64,000 nucleotides of DNA from Eledone cirrhosa (lineage: Eukaryota): positions 18,786,001 through 18,850,000 of the forward strand of contig OZ024745.1 in assembly GCA_964016885.1 (NCBI GenBank). The letters are read 5' to 3'. The notes beneath the pieces are model-generated. The model worked only from the letters and a program-made list of their open reading frames with translations, was not told the origin of the DNA and made no database searches. Within the stretch, counting starts at the first letter, position 1. Each line of letters begins with the position of its first letter. The position numbers and the translations under genes are program-made. Below, piece after piece: positions 14,401 to 28,319 of the stretch.

Positions 14401-17400
14401 AGTAACAGATACTGCTCAATCTTGTCCTATCAAGACATAAATCTTTCTTTCAGTAACAGATACTGCTCAATCTCGTCCTATCAAGACATAAGTCTTTCTT
14501 TCAGTAACAGATACTGCTCAATCTCGTCCTATCAAGACAGAAGTCTTTCCTTCAGTAACAGATACTGCTCAATCTCGTCCTATCAAGAAATAAGTCTCTC
14601 TTTCAGTAACAGATACTGCTCAATCTCATCCTATCAAGACATGAGTCTTTCTTTCAGTAACACATACTGCTCAATCTCATACTATCAATACATAAGTCTT
14701 TGTTTCAGTAACAGAGACTGCTCAATCTCGTCCTATCAAGACATAAGTCTTTCTTTCAGTAACAGATACTGCTCAATCTCGTCCTATCAAGACATAAGTC
14801 TTTCTTTCAGTAACAGATACTGCTCAATCTCGTCCTATAAAGACATAAATCTTTCTTTCAGTAACAGATACTGCTCAATCTCGTCCTATCAAGACATAAG
14901 TCTTTCTTTCAGTAACAGATACTGCTCAATCTCGTCCTATCAAGACATAAATCTTTCTTTCAGTAACAGATACTGCTCAATCTCGTCCTATCAAGACATA
15001 AATCTTTCTTTCAGTAACAGATACTGCTCAATCTCGTCCTATCAATACATAAATCTTTCTTTCAGTAACAGATACTGCTCAATCTCGTCCTATCAAGACA
15101 TAAATCTTTCTTTCAGTAACAGATACTGCTCAATCTCGTCCTATCAAGACAGAAGTCTTTCTTTCAGTAACAGATAGTGCTCAATCTCGTCCTAGCAAGA
15201 CATAAATCTTTCTTTCAGTAACAGATACTGCTCTATCTCGTCCTATCAAGACATAAGTCTTTCTTTCAGTAACAGATACTGCTTAATCTCATCCTATCAA
15301 GACATAATACTTTCTTTCAGTAACAGATACTGCTCAATCTCGTCCTATCAAGACATAAGTCTTTCTTTCAGTAACAGATACTGCTTAATCTCGTCCTAGC
15401 AAGGCATAAATCTTTCTTTCAGTAACAGATACTGCTCAATCTCGTGCTATCAAGACAGAAGTCTTTCTTTCAGTAACAGATAGTGCTCAATCTCGTCCTA
15501 TCAAGACAGAAGTCTTTCTTTCAGTAACAGATAGTGCTCAATCTCGTCCTAGCAAGACATAAATCTTTCTTTCAGTAACAGATACTGCTCTATCTCGTCC
15601 TATCAAGACATAAGTCTTTCTTTCAGTAACAGATAGTGCTCAATCTCGTCCTAGCAAGACATAAATCTTTCTTTCAGTAACAGATACTGCTCAATCTCGT
15701 CCTATCAAGACATAAGTCTTTCTTTCAGTAACAGATAGTGCTCAATCTCGTCCTATCAAGACATAAATCTTTCTTTCAGTAACAGATACTGCTCAATCTC
15801 GTCCTATCAACACAGAAGTCTTTCTTTCAGTAACAGATACTGCTCAATCTCGTCCTATCAAGACAGAAGTCTTTCTTTCAGTAACAGATAGTGCTCAATC
15901 TCGTCCTAGCAAGACATAAATCTTTCTTTCAGTAACAGATACTGCTCAATCTCGTCCTATCAAGACATAATACTTTCTTTCAGTAACAGATACTGCTCAA
16001 TCTCGTCCTATCAAGACATAAGTCTTTCTTTCAGTAACAGATACTGCTCAATCTCGTCCTATCAAGACAGAAGTCTTTCTTTCAGTAGCAGATACTGCTC
16101 AATCTCGTCCTATCAAGACATAAGTAGGACGAGAATGAGCAGTATCTGTTACTGAAAGAAATATTTATGTCTTTCTTTCAGTAACGGATACTGCTCAATC
16201 TCGTCCTATCAAGACATAAATCTTTCTTTCAGTAACAGATACTGCTCAATCTTGTCCTATCAAGACATAAACCTTTCTTTCAGTAACAGATACTACTCAA
16301 TCTTGTCCTATCAAGACATAAACCTTTCTTTCAGTAACAGATACTGCTCAATCTTGTCCTATCAAGACATAAACCTTTCTTTCAGTAACAGATACTGCTC
16401 AATCTTGTCCTATCAAGACATAAGTCTTTCTTTCAGTAACAGATACTGCTCACTCTTGTCCTATCAAGACATAAACCTTTCTTTCAGTAACAGATACTGC
16501 TCAATCTCGTCCTATCAAGACATAAACCTTTCTTTCAGTAACAGATACTGCTCATTCTCGTCCTATCAAGACATGAATCTTTCTTTCAGTAACAGATACT
16601 ACTCAATCTCGTCCTATCAAGACAGAAGTCTTTCTTTCAGTAGCAGATACTGCTCAATCTGGTCCTATCAAGACATAAGTAGGACGACAATGAGCAGTAT
16701 CTGTTACTGAAAGAAGTATTTATGTCTTTCTTTCAGTAACGGATACTGCTCAATCTCGTCCTATCAAGACATAAATCTTTCTTTCAGTAACAGATACTGC
16801 TCAATCTTGTCCTATCAAGACATAAACCTTTCTTTCAGTAACAGATACTGCTCAATCTCGTCCTATCAAGACATAAACCTTTCTTTCAGTAACAGATACT
16901 GCTCATTCTCGTCCTATCAAGACATAAATCTTTCTTTCAGTAACAGATACTACTCAATCTCGTCCTATCAAGACAGAAGTCTTTCTTTCAGTAACAGATA
17001 CTGCTCAATCTCGTCCTATCAAGACATAAGTCTTTCTCTCAGTAGCAGATACTGCTCAATCTCGTCCTATCAAGACAGAAGTCTTTCTTTCAGTAACAGA
17101 TACTGCTCAATCTCGTCCTATCAAGACAGAAGTCTTTCTTTCAGTAACAGATACTGCTCAATCTCGTCCTATCAAGACATAAGACTTTCTTTCAGTAACA
17201 GATACTGCTCAATCTCGTTCTATCAAGACATAATTCTTTCTTTCAGTAACAGATACTGCTCATTCTCGTCCTATCAAGACATAAATCTTTTTTCAGTAAC
17301 AGATACTGCTCAATCTCGTCCTATCAAGACAGAAGTCTTTCTTTCAGTAACAGATACTGCTCAATCTCGTCCTATCAAGACAGAAGTCTTTCTTTCAGTA

Positions 17401-20400
17401 ACAGATACTGCTCAATCTCGTCCTATCAAGACAGAAGTCTTTCTTTCAGTAACAGATACTGCTCAATCTCGTCCTATCAAGACATAAGACTTTCTTTCAG
17501 TAACAGATACTGCTCAATCTCGTTCTATCAAGACATAATTCTTTCTTTCAGTAACAGATACTGCTCAATCTCGTCCTATCAAGACATAAGTCTTTCTTTC
17601 AATAACAGATACTGCTCAATCTCGTCCTATCAAGGCATAAGTCTTTTTTCAGTAACAGATACTGCTCAATGTCGTTCTATCAAGACATAAATCTTTCTTT
17701 CAGTAACACATACTGCTCAATCACGTCCTATCAAGACATAAGTCTTTCTTTCAGTAACAGATACTGCTCAATCTCGTCCTATCAAGACATAAGACTTTCT
17801 TTCAGTAACAGATACTGCTCAATCTCGTCCTATCAAGACATAAGTCTTTCTCTCAGTAACAGATACTGCTCAATCTCGTCCTATCAAGACGTAAGTCTTT
17901 CTTTCAGTAACAGATACTGCTCAATCTCGTCCTATCAAGACAGAAGTCTTTCCTTCAGTAACAGATACTGCTCAATCTCGTCCTATCAAGACATAAGTCT
18001 TTCTTTCAGTAACAGATACTGCTCAATCTCGTCCTATCAAGACATAAGTCTTTCCTTCAGTAACAGATACTGCTCAATCTCGTCCTATCAAGACATAAGT
18101 CTTTCTTTCAGTAACAGATACTGCTCACTCTCGTCCTATCAAGACATAAGTCTTTCTTTCAGTAACAGATACTGCTCATTCTCGTGCTATCAAGACATAA
18201 GTCTTTCTTTCAGTAACAGATACTGCTCATTCTCGTCCTATCAAGACATAAGTCTCTCTTTCAGTAACAGATACTGCTCAATCTCATCCTATCAAGACAT
18301 AAGTCTTTCTTTCAGTAACACATACTGCTCAATCTCGTCCTATCAAGACATAAGTCTTTCTTTCAGTAACAGATACTGCTCAATCTCGTCCTATCAAGAC
18401 ATAAGTCTTTCTTTCAGTAACACATACTGCTCAATCTCGTCCTATCAAGACGGAAGTCTTTCTTTCAGTAACAGATACTGCTCAATCTCGTCCTATCAAG
18501 ACATAAGTCTTTCTCTCAGTAACAGATACTGCTCATTCTCGTCCTATCAAGACATAAATCTTTCTTTCAGTAACAGATACTGCTCAATCTCGTCCTATCA
18601 AGACATAAGACTTTCTTTCAGTAACAGATACTGCTCAATCTTGTCCTATCAAGACATAAATCTTTCTTTCAGTAACAGATACTGCTCAATCTCGTCCTAT
18701 CAAGACATAAGTCTTTCTTTCAGTAACAGATACTGCTCAATCTCGTCCTATCAAGACAGAAGTCTTTCCTTCAGTAACAGATACTGCTCAATCTCGTCCT
18801 ATCAAGAAATAAGTCTCTCTTTCAGTAACAGATACTGCTCAATCTCATCCTATCAAGACATGAGTCTTTCTTTCAGTAACACATACTGCTCAATCTCATA
18901 CTATCAATACATAAGTCTTTGTTTCAGTAACAGAGACTGCTCAATCTCGTCCTATCAAGACATAAGTCTTTCTTTCAGTAACAGATACTGCTCAATCTCG
19001 TCCTATCAAGACATAAGTCTTTCTTTCAGTAACAGATACTGCTCAATCTCGTCCTATAAAGACATAAATCTTTCTTTCAGTAACAGATACTGCTCAATCT
19101 CGTCCTATCAAGACATAAGTCTTTCTTTCAGTAACAGATACTGCTCAATCTCGTCCTATCAAGACATAAATCTTTCTTTCAGTAACAGATACTGCTCAAT
19201 CTCGTCCTATCAAGACATAAATCTTTCTTTCAGTAACAGATACTGCTCAATCTCGTCCTATCAATACATAAATCTTTCTTTCAGTAACAGATACTGCTCA
19301 ATCTCGTCCTATCAAGACATAAATCTTTCTTTCAGTAACAGATACTGCTCAATCTCGTCCTATCAAGACATAAATCTTTCTTTCAGTAACAGATACTGCT
19401 CAATCTTGTCCTATAAAGACATAAATCTTTCTTTCAGTAACAGATACTGCTCAATCTCGTCCTATCAAGACATAAATCTTTCTTTCAGTAACAGATACTG
19501 CTCAATCTTGTCCTATCAAGACATAAATCTTTCTTTCAGTAACAGATACTGCTCAATCTCGTCATATCAAGACATAAATCTTTCTTTCAGTAACAGATAC
19601 TGCTCAATCTTGTCCTATCAAGACATAAATCTTTCTTTCAGTAACAGATACTGCTCAATCTCGTCCTATCAGGACATAAATCTTTCTTTCAGTAACAGAT
19701 ACTGCTCAATCTTGTCCTATCAAGACATAAATCTTTCTTTCAGTAACAGATACTGCTCAATCTCGTCCTATCAAGACATAAATCTTTCTTTCAGTAACAG
19801 ATACTGCTCAATCTCGTCCTATCAAGACATAAATCTTTCTTTCAGTAACAGATACTGCTCAATCTCGTCCTATCAAGACATAAATCTTTCTTTCAGTAAC
19901 AGATACTGCTCAATCTTGTCCTATCAAGACATAAATCTTTCTTTCAGTAACAGATACTGCTCAATCTCGTCCTATCAAGACATAAGTCTTTCTTTCAGTA
20001 ACAGATACTGCCCATTCTCATCCTATCAAGACATAAGTCTTTCTTTCAGTAAGAGATACTGCTCAATCTCGTCCTATCAAGACATAAGTCTTTCTTTCAG
20101 TAACAGATACTGCTCAATCCCCTCCTATCAAGACATATGTCTTTCTTTCAGTAACATATACTGCTCAATCTCATCCTATCAAGACGGAAGTCTTTCTTTC
20201 AGTAACAGATACTGCTCAATCTCGTCCTATCGAGACATAAGTCTTTCTCTCAGTAACAGATACTGCTCATTCTCGTCCTATCAAGACATAAGTCTTTCTT
20301 TCAGTAACAGATACTGCTCAATCTCGTCCTATCAAGACATAAGTCTCTCTTTCAGTAACAGATACTGCTCAATCTCATCCTATCAAGACATAAGTCTTTC

Positions 20401-23400
20401 TTTCAGTAACACATACTGCTCAATCTCATACTATCAATACATAAGTCTTTGTTTCAGTAACAGAGACTGCTCAATCTCGTCCTATCAAGACATAAGTCTT
20501 CCTTTCGTTTAAAGATACTGCTCAATCTCGTCCTATCAAGATATAAGTCTTTTTTCAGTAACAGATACTGCTCAATCTCGTCCTATCAAGACATAAGTCT
20601 TTCTTTCAGTAACAGATACTGCTCAATCACGTCCTATCAAGACATAAGTCTTTCTTTCAGTAACAGATACTGCTCAATCTCGTCCTATCAAGACATAAGT
20701 CTTTCTTTCAGTAACAGATACTGCTCAATCACGTCCTATCAAGACATAAGTCTTTCTCTCAGTAACAGATACTGCTCAATCTCGTCCTATCAAGACATAA
20801 ATCTTTGTTTCAGTAACAGATACTGCTAAATGTCGTGCTATGAAGACATAAGTCTTTCTTTCAGTAACAGATACTGCTCAATCTCGTCCTATCAAGGCAT
20901 AAGTCTTTTTTCAGTAACAGATACTGCTCAATGTCGTTCTATCAAGACATAAATCTTTCTTTCAGTAACACATACTGCTCAATCACGTCCTATCAAGACA
21001 TAAGTCTTTCTTTCAGTAACAGATACTGCTCAATCTCGTCCTATCAAGACATAAGTCTTTCTTTCAGTAACAGATACTGCTCAATCTCGTCCTATCAAGA
21101 CGGAAGTCTTTCTTTCAGTAACAGTTACTGCTCAATCTCGTCCTATCAAGACATAAATCTTTCTTTCAGTAACAGATACTGCTCAATCTCGTCCTATCAA
21201 GACATAAGTCTTTCTTTCAGTAACAGATACTGCTCAATCTCGTCCTATCAAGACATAAGTCTTTCTTTCAGTAACAGATACTGCTCAATCTCATCCTATC
21301 AAGACATAAGTCTTTCTTTCAGTAACACATACTGTCAATCTCGTCCTATCAATACATGTCTTTCTTTCAGTAACAGATACTGCTCAATCTCGTCCTATCA
21401 AGACAGAAGTCTTTCTTTCAGTAACAGATACTGCTCAATCTCGTCCTATCAAGACATAAGACTTTCTTTCAGTAACAGATACTGCTCAATCTCGTTCTAT
21501 CAAGACATAATTCTTTCTTTCAGTAACAGATACTGCTCATTCTCGTCCTATCAAGACATAAATCTTTTTTCAGTAACAGATACTGCTCAATCTCGTCCTA
21601 TCAAGACAGAAGTCTTTCTTTCAGTAACAGATACTGCTCAATCTCGTCCTATCAAGACAGAAGTCTTTCTTTCAGTAACAGATACTGCTCAATCTCGTCC
21701 TATCAAGACAGAAGTCTTTCTTTCAGTAAAAGATACAGCTCAATCTCGTCCTATCAAGACATAAGACTTTCTTTCAGTAACAGATACTGCTCAATCTCGT
21801 TCTATCAAGACATAATTCTTTCTTTCAGTAACAGATACTGCTCAATCTCGTCCTATCAAGACATAAGTCTTTCATTCAATAACAGATACTGCTCAATCTC
21901 GTCCTATCAAGGCATAAGTCTTTTTTCAGTAACAGATACTGCTCAATGTCGTTCTATCAAGACATAAATCTTTCTTTCAGTAACACATACTGCTCAATCA
22001 CGTCCTATCAAGACATAAGTCTTTCTTTCAGTAACAGATACTGCTCAATCTCGTCCTATCAAGACATAAGACTTTCTTTCAGTAACAGATACTGCTCAAT
22101 CTCGTCCTATCAAGACATAAGTCTTTCTCTCAGTAACAGATACTGCTCAATCTCGTCCTATCAAGACGTAAGTCTTTCTTTCAGTAACAGATACTGCTCA
22201 ATCTCGTCCTATCAAGACAGAAGTCTTTCCTTCAGTAACAGATACTGCTCAATCTCGTCCTATCAAGACATAAGTCTTTCTTTCAGTAACAGATACTGCT
22301 CAATCTCGTCCTATCAAGACATAAGTCTTTCCTTCAGTAACAGATACTGCTCAATCTCGTCCTATCAAGACATAAGTCTTTCTTTCAGTAACAGATACTG
22401 CTCAATCTCGTCCTATCAAGACATAAGTCTTTCTTTCAGTAACAGATACTGCTCATTCTCGTGCTATCAAGACATAAGTCTTTCTTTCAGTAACAGATAC
22501 TGCTCATTCTCGTCCTATCAAGACATAAGTCTCTCTTTCAGTAACAGATACTGCTCAATCTCATCCTATCAAGACATAAGTCTTTCTTTCAGTAACACAT
22601 ACTGCTCAATCTCGTCCTATCAAGACATAAGTCTTTCTTTCAGTAACAGATACTGCTCAATCTCGTCCTATCAAGACATAAGTCTTTCTTTCAGTAACAC
22701 ATACTGCTCAATCTCGTCCTATCAAGACGGAAGTCTTTCTTTCAGTAACAGATACTGCTCAATCTCGTCCTATCAAGACATAAGTCTTTCTCTCAGTAAC
22801 AGATACTGCTCATTCTCGTCCTATCAAGACATAAGTCTTTCTTTCAGTAACAGATACTGCTCAATCTCGTCCTATCAAGACATAAGACTTTCTTTCAGTA
22901 ACAGATACTGCTCAATCTTGTCCTATCAAGACATAAATCTTTCTTTCAGTAACAGATACTGCTCAATCTCGTCCTATCAAGACATAAGTCTTTCTTTCAG
23001 TAACAGATACTGCTCAATCTCGTCCTATCAAGACAGAAGTCTTTCCTTCAGTAACAGATACTGCTCAATCTCGTCCTATCAAGACATAAGTCTCTCTTTC
23101 AGTAACAGATACTGCTCAATCTCATCCTATCAAGACATAAGTCTTTCTTTCAGTAACACATACTGCTCAATCTCATACTATCAATACATAAGTCTTTGTT
23201 TCAGTAACAGAGACTGCTCAATCTCGTCCTATCAAGACATAAGTCTTTCTTTCAGTAACAGATACTGCTCAATCTCGTCCTATCAAGACATAAGTCTTTC
23301 TTTCAGTAACAGATACTGCTCAATCTCGTCCTATAAAGACATAAATCTTTCTTTCAGTAACAGATACTGCTCAATCTCGTCCTATCAAGACATAAGTCTT

Positions 23401-26400
23401 TCTTTCAGTAACAGATACTGCTCAATCTCGTCCTATCAAGACATAAATCTTTCTTTCAGTAACAGATACTGCTCAATCTCGTCCTATCAAGACATAAATC
23501 TTTCTTTCAGTAACAGATACTGCTCAATCTCGTCCTATCAATACATAAATATTTCTTTCAGTAACAGATACTGCTCAATCTCGTCCTATCAAGACATAAA
23601 TCTTTCTTTCAGTAACAGATACTGCTCAATCTCGTCCTATCAAGACATAAATCTTTCTTTCAGTAACAGATACTGCTCAATCTTGTCCTATCAAGACATA
23701 AATCTTTCTTTCAGTAACAGATACTGCTCAATCTCGTCCTATCAAGACATAAATCTTTCTTTCAGTAACAGATACTGCTCAATCTTGTCCTATCAAGACA
23801 TAAATCTTTCTTTCAGTAACAGATACTGCTCAATCTCGTCATATCAAGACATAAATCTTTCTTTCAGTAACAGATACTGCTCAATCTTGTCCTATCAAGA
23901 CATAAATCTTTCTTTCAGTAACAGATACTGCTCAATCTCGTCCTATCAAGACATAAATCTTTCTTTCAGTAACAGATACTGCTCAATCTCGTCCTATCAA
24001 GACATAAATCTTTCTTTCAGTAACAGATACTGCTCAATCTTGTCCTATCAAGACATAAATCTTTCTTTCAGTAACAGATACTGCTCAATCTCGTCCTATC
24101 AAGACATAAGTCTTTCTTTCAGTAACAGATACTGCCCATTCTCATCCTATCAAGACATAAGTCTTTCTTTCAGTAAGAGATACTGCTCAATCTCGTCCTA
24201 TCAAGACATAAGTCTTTCTTTCAGTAACAGATACTGCTCAATCCCCTCCTATCAAGACATATGTCTTTCTTTCAGTAACATATACTGCTCAATCTCATCC
24301 TATCAAGACGGAAGTCTTTCTTTCAGTAACAGATACTGCTCAATCTCGTCCTATCAAGACATAAGTCTTTCTCTCAGTAACAGATACTGCTCATTCTCGT
24401 CCTATCAAGACATAAGTCTTTCTTTCAGTAACAGATACTGCTCAATCTCATACTATCAAGACATAAGTCTCTCTTTCAGTAACAGATACTGCTCAATCTC
24501 ATCCTATCAAGACATAAGTCTTTCTTTCAGTAACACATACTGCTCAATCTCATACTATCAATACATAAGTCTTTGTTTCAGTAACAGATACTGCTCAATC
24601 TCGTCCTATCAAGACATAAGTCTCTCTTTCAGTAACAGATACTGCTCAATCTCATCCTATCAAGACATAAGTCTTTCTTTCAGTAACACATACTGCTCAA
24701 TCTCATACTATCAATACATAAGTCTTTGTTTCAGTAACAGAGACTGCTCAATCTCGTCCTATCAAGACATAAGTCTTCCTTTCGTTTAAAGATACTGCTC
24801 AATCTCGTCCTATCAAGATATAAGTCTTTTTTCAGTAACAGATACTGCTCAATCTCGTCCTATCAAGACATAAGTCTTTCTTTCAGTAACAGATACTGCT
24901 CAATCTCGTCCTATCAAGACATAAGTCTTTCTTTCAGTAACAGATACTGCTCAATCACGTCCTATCAAGACATAAGTCTTTCTCTCAGTAACAGATACTG
25001 CTCAATCTCGTCCTATCAAGACATAAATCTTTGTTTCAGTAACAGATACTGCTAAATGTCGTGCTATGAAGACATAAGTCTTTCTTTCAGTAACAGATAC
25101 TGCTCAATCTCGTCCTATCAAGGCATAAGTCTTTTTTCAGTAACAGATACTGCTCAATGTCGTTCTATCAAGACATAAATCTTTCTTTCAGTAACACATA
25201 CTGCTCAATCACGTCCTATCAAGACATAAGTCTTTCTTTCAGTAACAGATACTGCTCAATCTCGTCCTATCAAGACATAAGTCTTTCTTTCAGTAACAGA
25301 TACTGCTCAATCTCGTCCTATCAAGACGGAAGTCTTTCTTTCAGTAACAGTTACTGCTCAATCTCGTCCTATCAAGACATAAATCTTTCTTTCAGTAACA
25401 GATACTGCTCAATCTCGTCCTATCAAGACATAAGTCTTTCTTTCAGTAACAGATACTGCTCAATCTCGTCCTATCAAGACATAACTCTTTCTTTCAGTAA
25501 CAGATACTGCTCAATCTCATCCTATCAAGACATAAGTCTTTCTTTCAGTAACACATACTGCTCAATCTCGTCCTATCAATACATAAGTCTTTCTTTCAGT
25601 AACAGATACTGCTCAATCTCGTCCTATCAAGACATAAGTCTTTCCTTCAGTAAGAGATACTGCTCAATCTCGTCCTATCAAGACATAAGTATTTCTCTCA
25701 GTAACAGATACTGCTCATTCTCGTCCTATCAAGACATAAGTCTTTCTTTCAGTAACAGATACTGCTCATTCTCGTCCTATCAAGACATAAGTCTTTCTTT
25801 CAGTAACAGATACTGCTCAATCTTGTCCTATCAAGACATAAATCTTTCTTTCAGTAACAGATACTGCTCAATCTCGTCCTATCATGACATAAGTCTTTCT
25901 TTCAGTAACAGATACTGCCCATTCTCATCCTATCAAGACATAAGTCTTTCTTTCATTAAGAGATACTGCTCAATCTCGTCCTATCAAGACATAAGTCTTT
26001 CTTTCAGTAACAGATACTGCTCAATCTCGTCCTATCAAGACATAAGTCTTTCTTTCAGTAACAGATACTGCTCAATCTCGTCCTATCAACACATAGGTCT
26101 TTCTCTCAGTAACAGATACTGCTTAATCTCATCCTATGAAGACATAATTCTTTCTTTCAGTAACAGATACTGCTCAATCTCGTCCTATCAAGACATAATT
26201 CTTTCTTTCAGTAACAGATACTGCTCAATCTCGTCCTATCAAGACATAATTCTTTCTTTCAGTAACAGATACTGCTCAATCTCGTCCTATCAAGACATAA
26301 GTCTTTCTTTCAGTAACAGATACTGCTCAATCTCGTCCTATCAAGACATAATTCTTTCTTTCAGTAACAGATACTGCTCAATCTCGTCCTATCAAGACAT

Positions 26401-26738
26401 AAGTCTTTCTTTCAGTAACAGATACTGCTCAATCTCGTCCTATCAAGACATAATCTTTCTTTCAGTAACAGATACTGCTCAATCTCGTCCTATCAAGACA
26501 TAAATCTTTCTTTCAGTAACAGATACTGCTCAATCTCGTCCTATCAATACATAAGTCTCTCTTTCAGTAACATATACTGCTCAATCTCGTCCTATCAAGA
26601 CATAAGTCTTTCTTTCAGTAACAGATACTGCTCAATCTCGTCCTATCAATACAGAAGTCTTTGTTTCAGTAACAGATACTGCTCAATCTCGTCCTATCAA
26701 GACATAAGTCTTTTTTTCAGTAACAGATACTGATCAAT
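2401..26738. repeat. 51-bp satellite array (about 475 monomers) with higher-order repeats
   Basis: Consensus is tctttctttcagtaacagatactgctcaatctcgtcctatcaagacataag. Diagnostic variants recur at 3301, 4167, 4219, about 4277 and about 4226 bp spacings. Monomers are degenerate at both edges. Confidence 0.98.
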
Positions 26739-27550
26739 CCTTTACTTGCAACTCATAATTAAGTCTTTTTTTTTATTTCTTGATTTGTTTCAGAATGATA
26801 TTCAAGACGGCAGAACCAGTTTCTATAAAATAATTGTATCAATATGTTATGTAGTATAAGTTTGTCTAATACGAAGTACCATATTCTTCGGAATTTTCTT
26901 TTTAATTTTAGGTTTTGAGTGGACGTTAATGGTATATTTTCCACAGACGCGTTTGGGGTGAATTGAGTTTGATTTCATTAAGCCAATCTTAATAATCTAG
27001 GCCTCTCATTCCATTTATTATTTATTTATTGTGGTTTACCGTTGAGGTGCCTTAATTCTTATAATTCTTTTAATTTGGAGAGCTCAGCACTGTGAGAGAA
27101 CATTTTCTGGGGCTTGTTGGCAGTTTGGTAATATGTTTAGAGGAATATGAATCGGCATCTGTAACTATATCTGTGTCAAAAATCTTCCCTGAGTATTAAG
27201 CAGTTTTTCTTTAAACAAAAAATGTTGCGAGTTCTATTCCTTCATCGGAGGTTATTAAATGCTGTAATTTTGAACATTTCCAACAACATTTCTGAATGAC
27301 CCTCAATTTTGGCTGGTTCAGACATTGTAATTTTTTTTAAACTTCCAAATTTAACGAATTATTCGTGCATAATGTTTAAATGTTATGTCATCACATTTAA
27401 AAATTCAAAATAATATTTCTTTATGATTTTTGTTAACACCTGACGCAAAATGTCTGTATCGACAGTAAAATTTGCATCATACTCAATCCTTATATAATGC
27501 TAATACTTTCTACTTTCCTTCTGTTTTGCATTAAATCAGATTTTGGAGAA

Positions 27551-27780
27551 ATGAAATACATTGACGTTTTCAACTACTTGAGAAAAAGCAAATGCAAAAT
27601 ATCTTGCAATGATGACTCAGTAGGATTTTTAATGGATATAATTGGGTTTGACGATACAAAAATTAGACAACGTTTTAAAAAGTTTAAATATTTTGGCAAC
27701 AAAATTGCAACAAATCAAGAGAACCGAGTTTATAAAAAAGGAAAATAATTGGTTGGAAGAGCATTATTTCAGAGCATTTT
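27551..27780 (+). pseudogene. Possible decayed DNA-transposase N-terminal fragment (Transib-like)
   Basis: MKYIDVFNYLRKSK...IRQRFKKFK is followed, after a frameshift, by LQQIKRTEFIKKENNWLEEHYF. This recalls Transib N-termini from memory only. Confidence 0.2.
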
Positions 27781-28145
27781 TTTCAGAAACTCTCATATAA
27801 GTTCGACATTATTTTGCTTATATAAATTATGTTGTATTACTGTATCAGTAATACCAATAATAATACAAACTAAAATTTTTTAACCATGATTGTCCACACA
27901 TCCCATCCAGCCTCCCATCGGTGATATAAATGTATTGGACGCAGGGAAGATTTTTTATGTGTTTTTTTTTAAGTGTATCCAATAGATGGGGAAAGCGAGA
28001 GAGAGGGAGGCAGTGACAATGGGAATTTGATTCTTTTATGTTCAGTCCCGGCTACGAATTTTTTGTTTCACTGAACTCTTCAGTTTATAAAGTCACTAAA
28101 CTTTTCAGTTTATATGTGATACGTTTCTACATATCATTATTTCCT

Positions 28146-28319
28146 GCAGTATCGGTAGAGGGTCGGACAACATGCTTTGACGCATAGAGTTACGGCCCTT
28201 GCCATTCTGAGTTCAAATCCCGCCGAAGTTAACTTTGCCTTTCATCCTTACGGGGTCGATAAAATAAAGTACCAGTAATGCACTGGGTAATTGCTGGCCT
28301 TGTGCCAAACGTAGAAACA
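28146..28319 (+). mobile_element. tRNA-derived SINE, family A
   Basis: Has B-box gagttcaaatccc, central gcctttcatccttacggggtcgataaaataaagtaccagt and target-site duplication attatttcctg. Four homologous copies occur in the window. Confidence 0.85.

Noticed and set aside
4565-26503. Long ORFs of up to 947 aa with SLSFSNRYCSISSYQDI repeats
   Set aside because: The monomer is 51 bp with one stop-free frame, so long ORFs arise automatically. Stops, 2-bp deletions and inversions were amplified freely, and the starts are chance variants.
2401-26738. CRISPR-like array
   Set aside because: Monomers are contiguous with no unique spacers, there are no cas genes, and the context is eukaryotic.
2401-26738. 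Satellite monomer as a hammerhead on the minus strand (CTGAAAGA-aagac-ttat-gtctt-GATA)
   Set aside because: The core has an extra base, GATA replaces GAAA, and no stem III can form.
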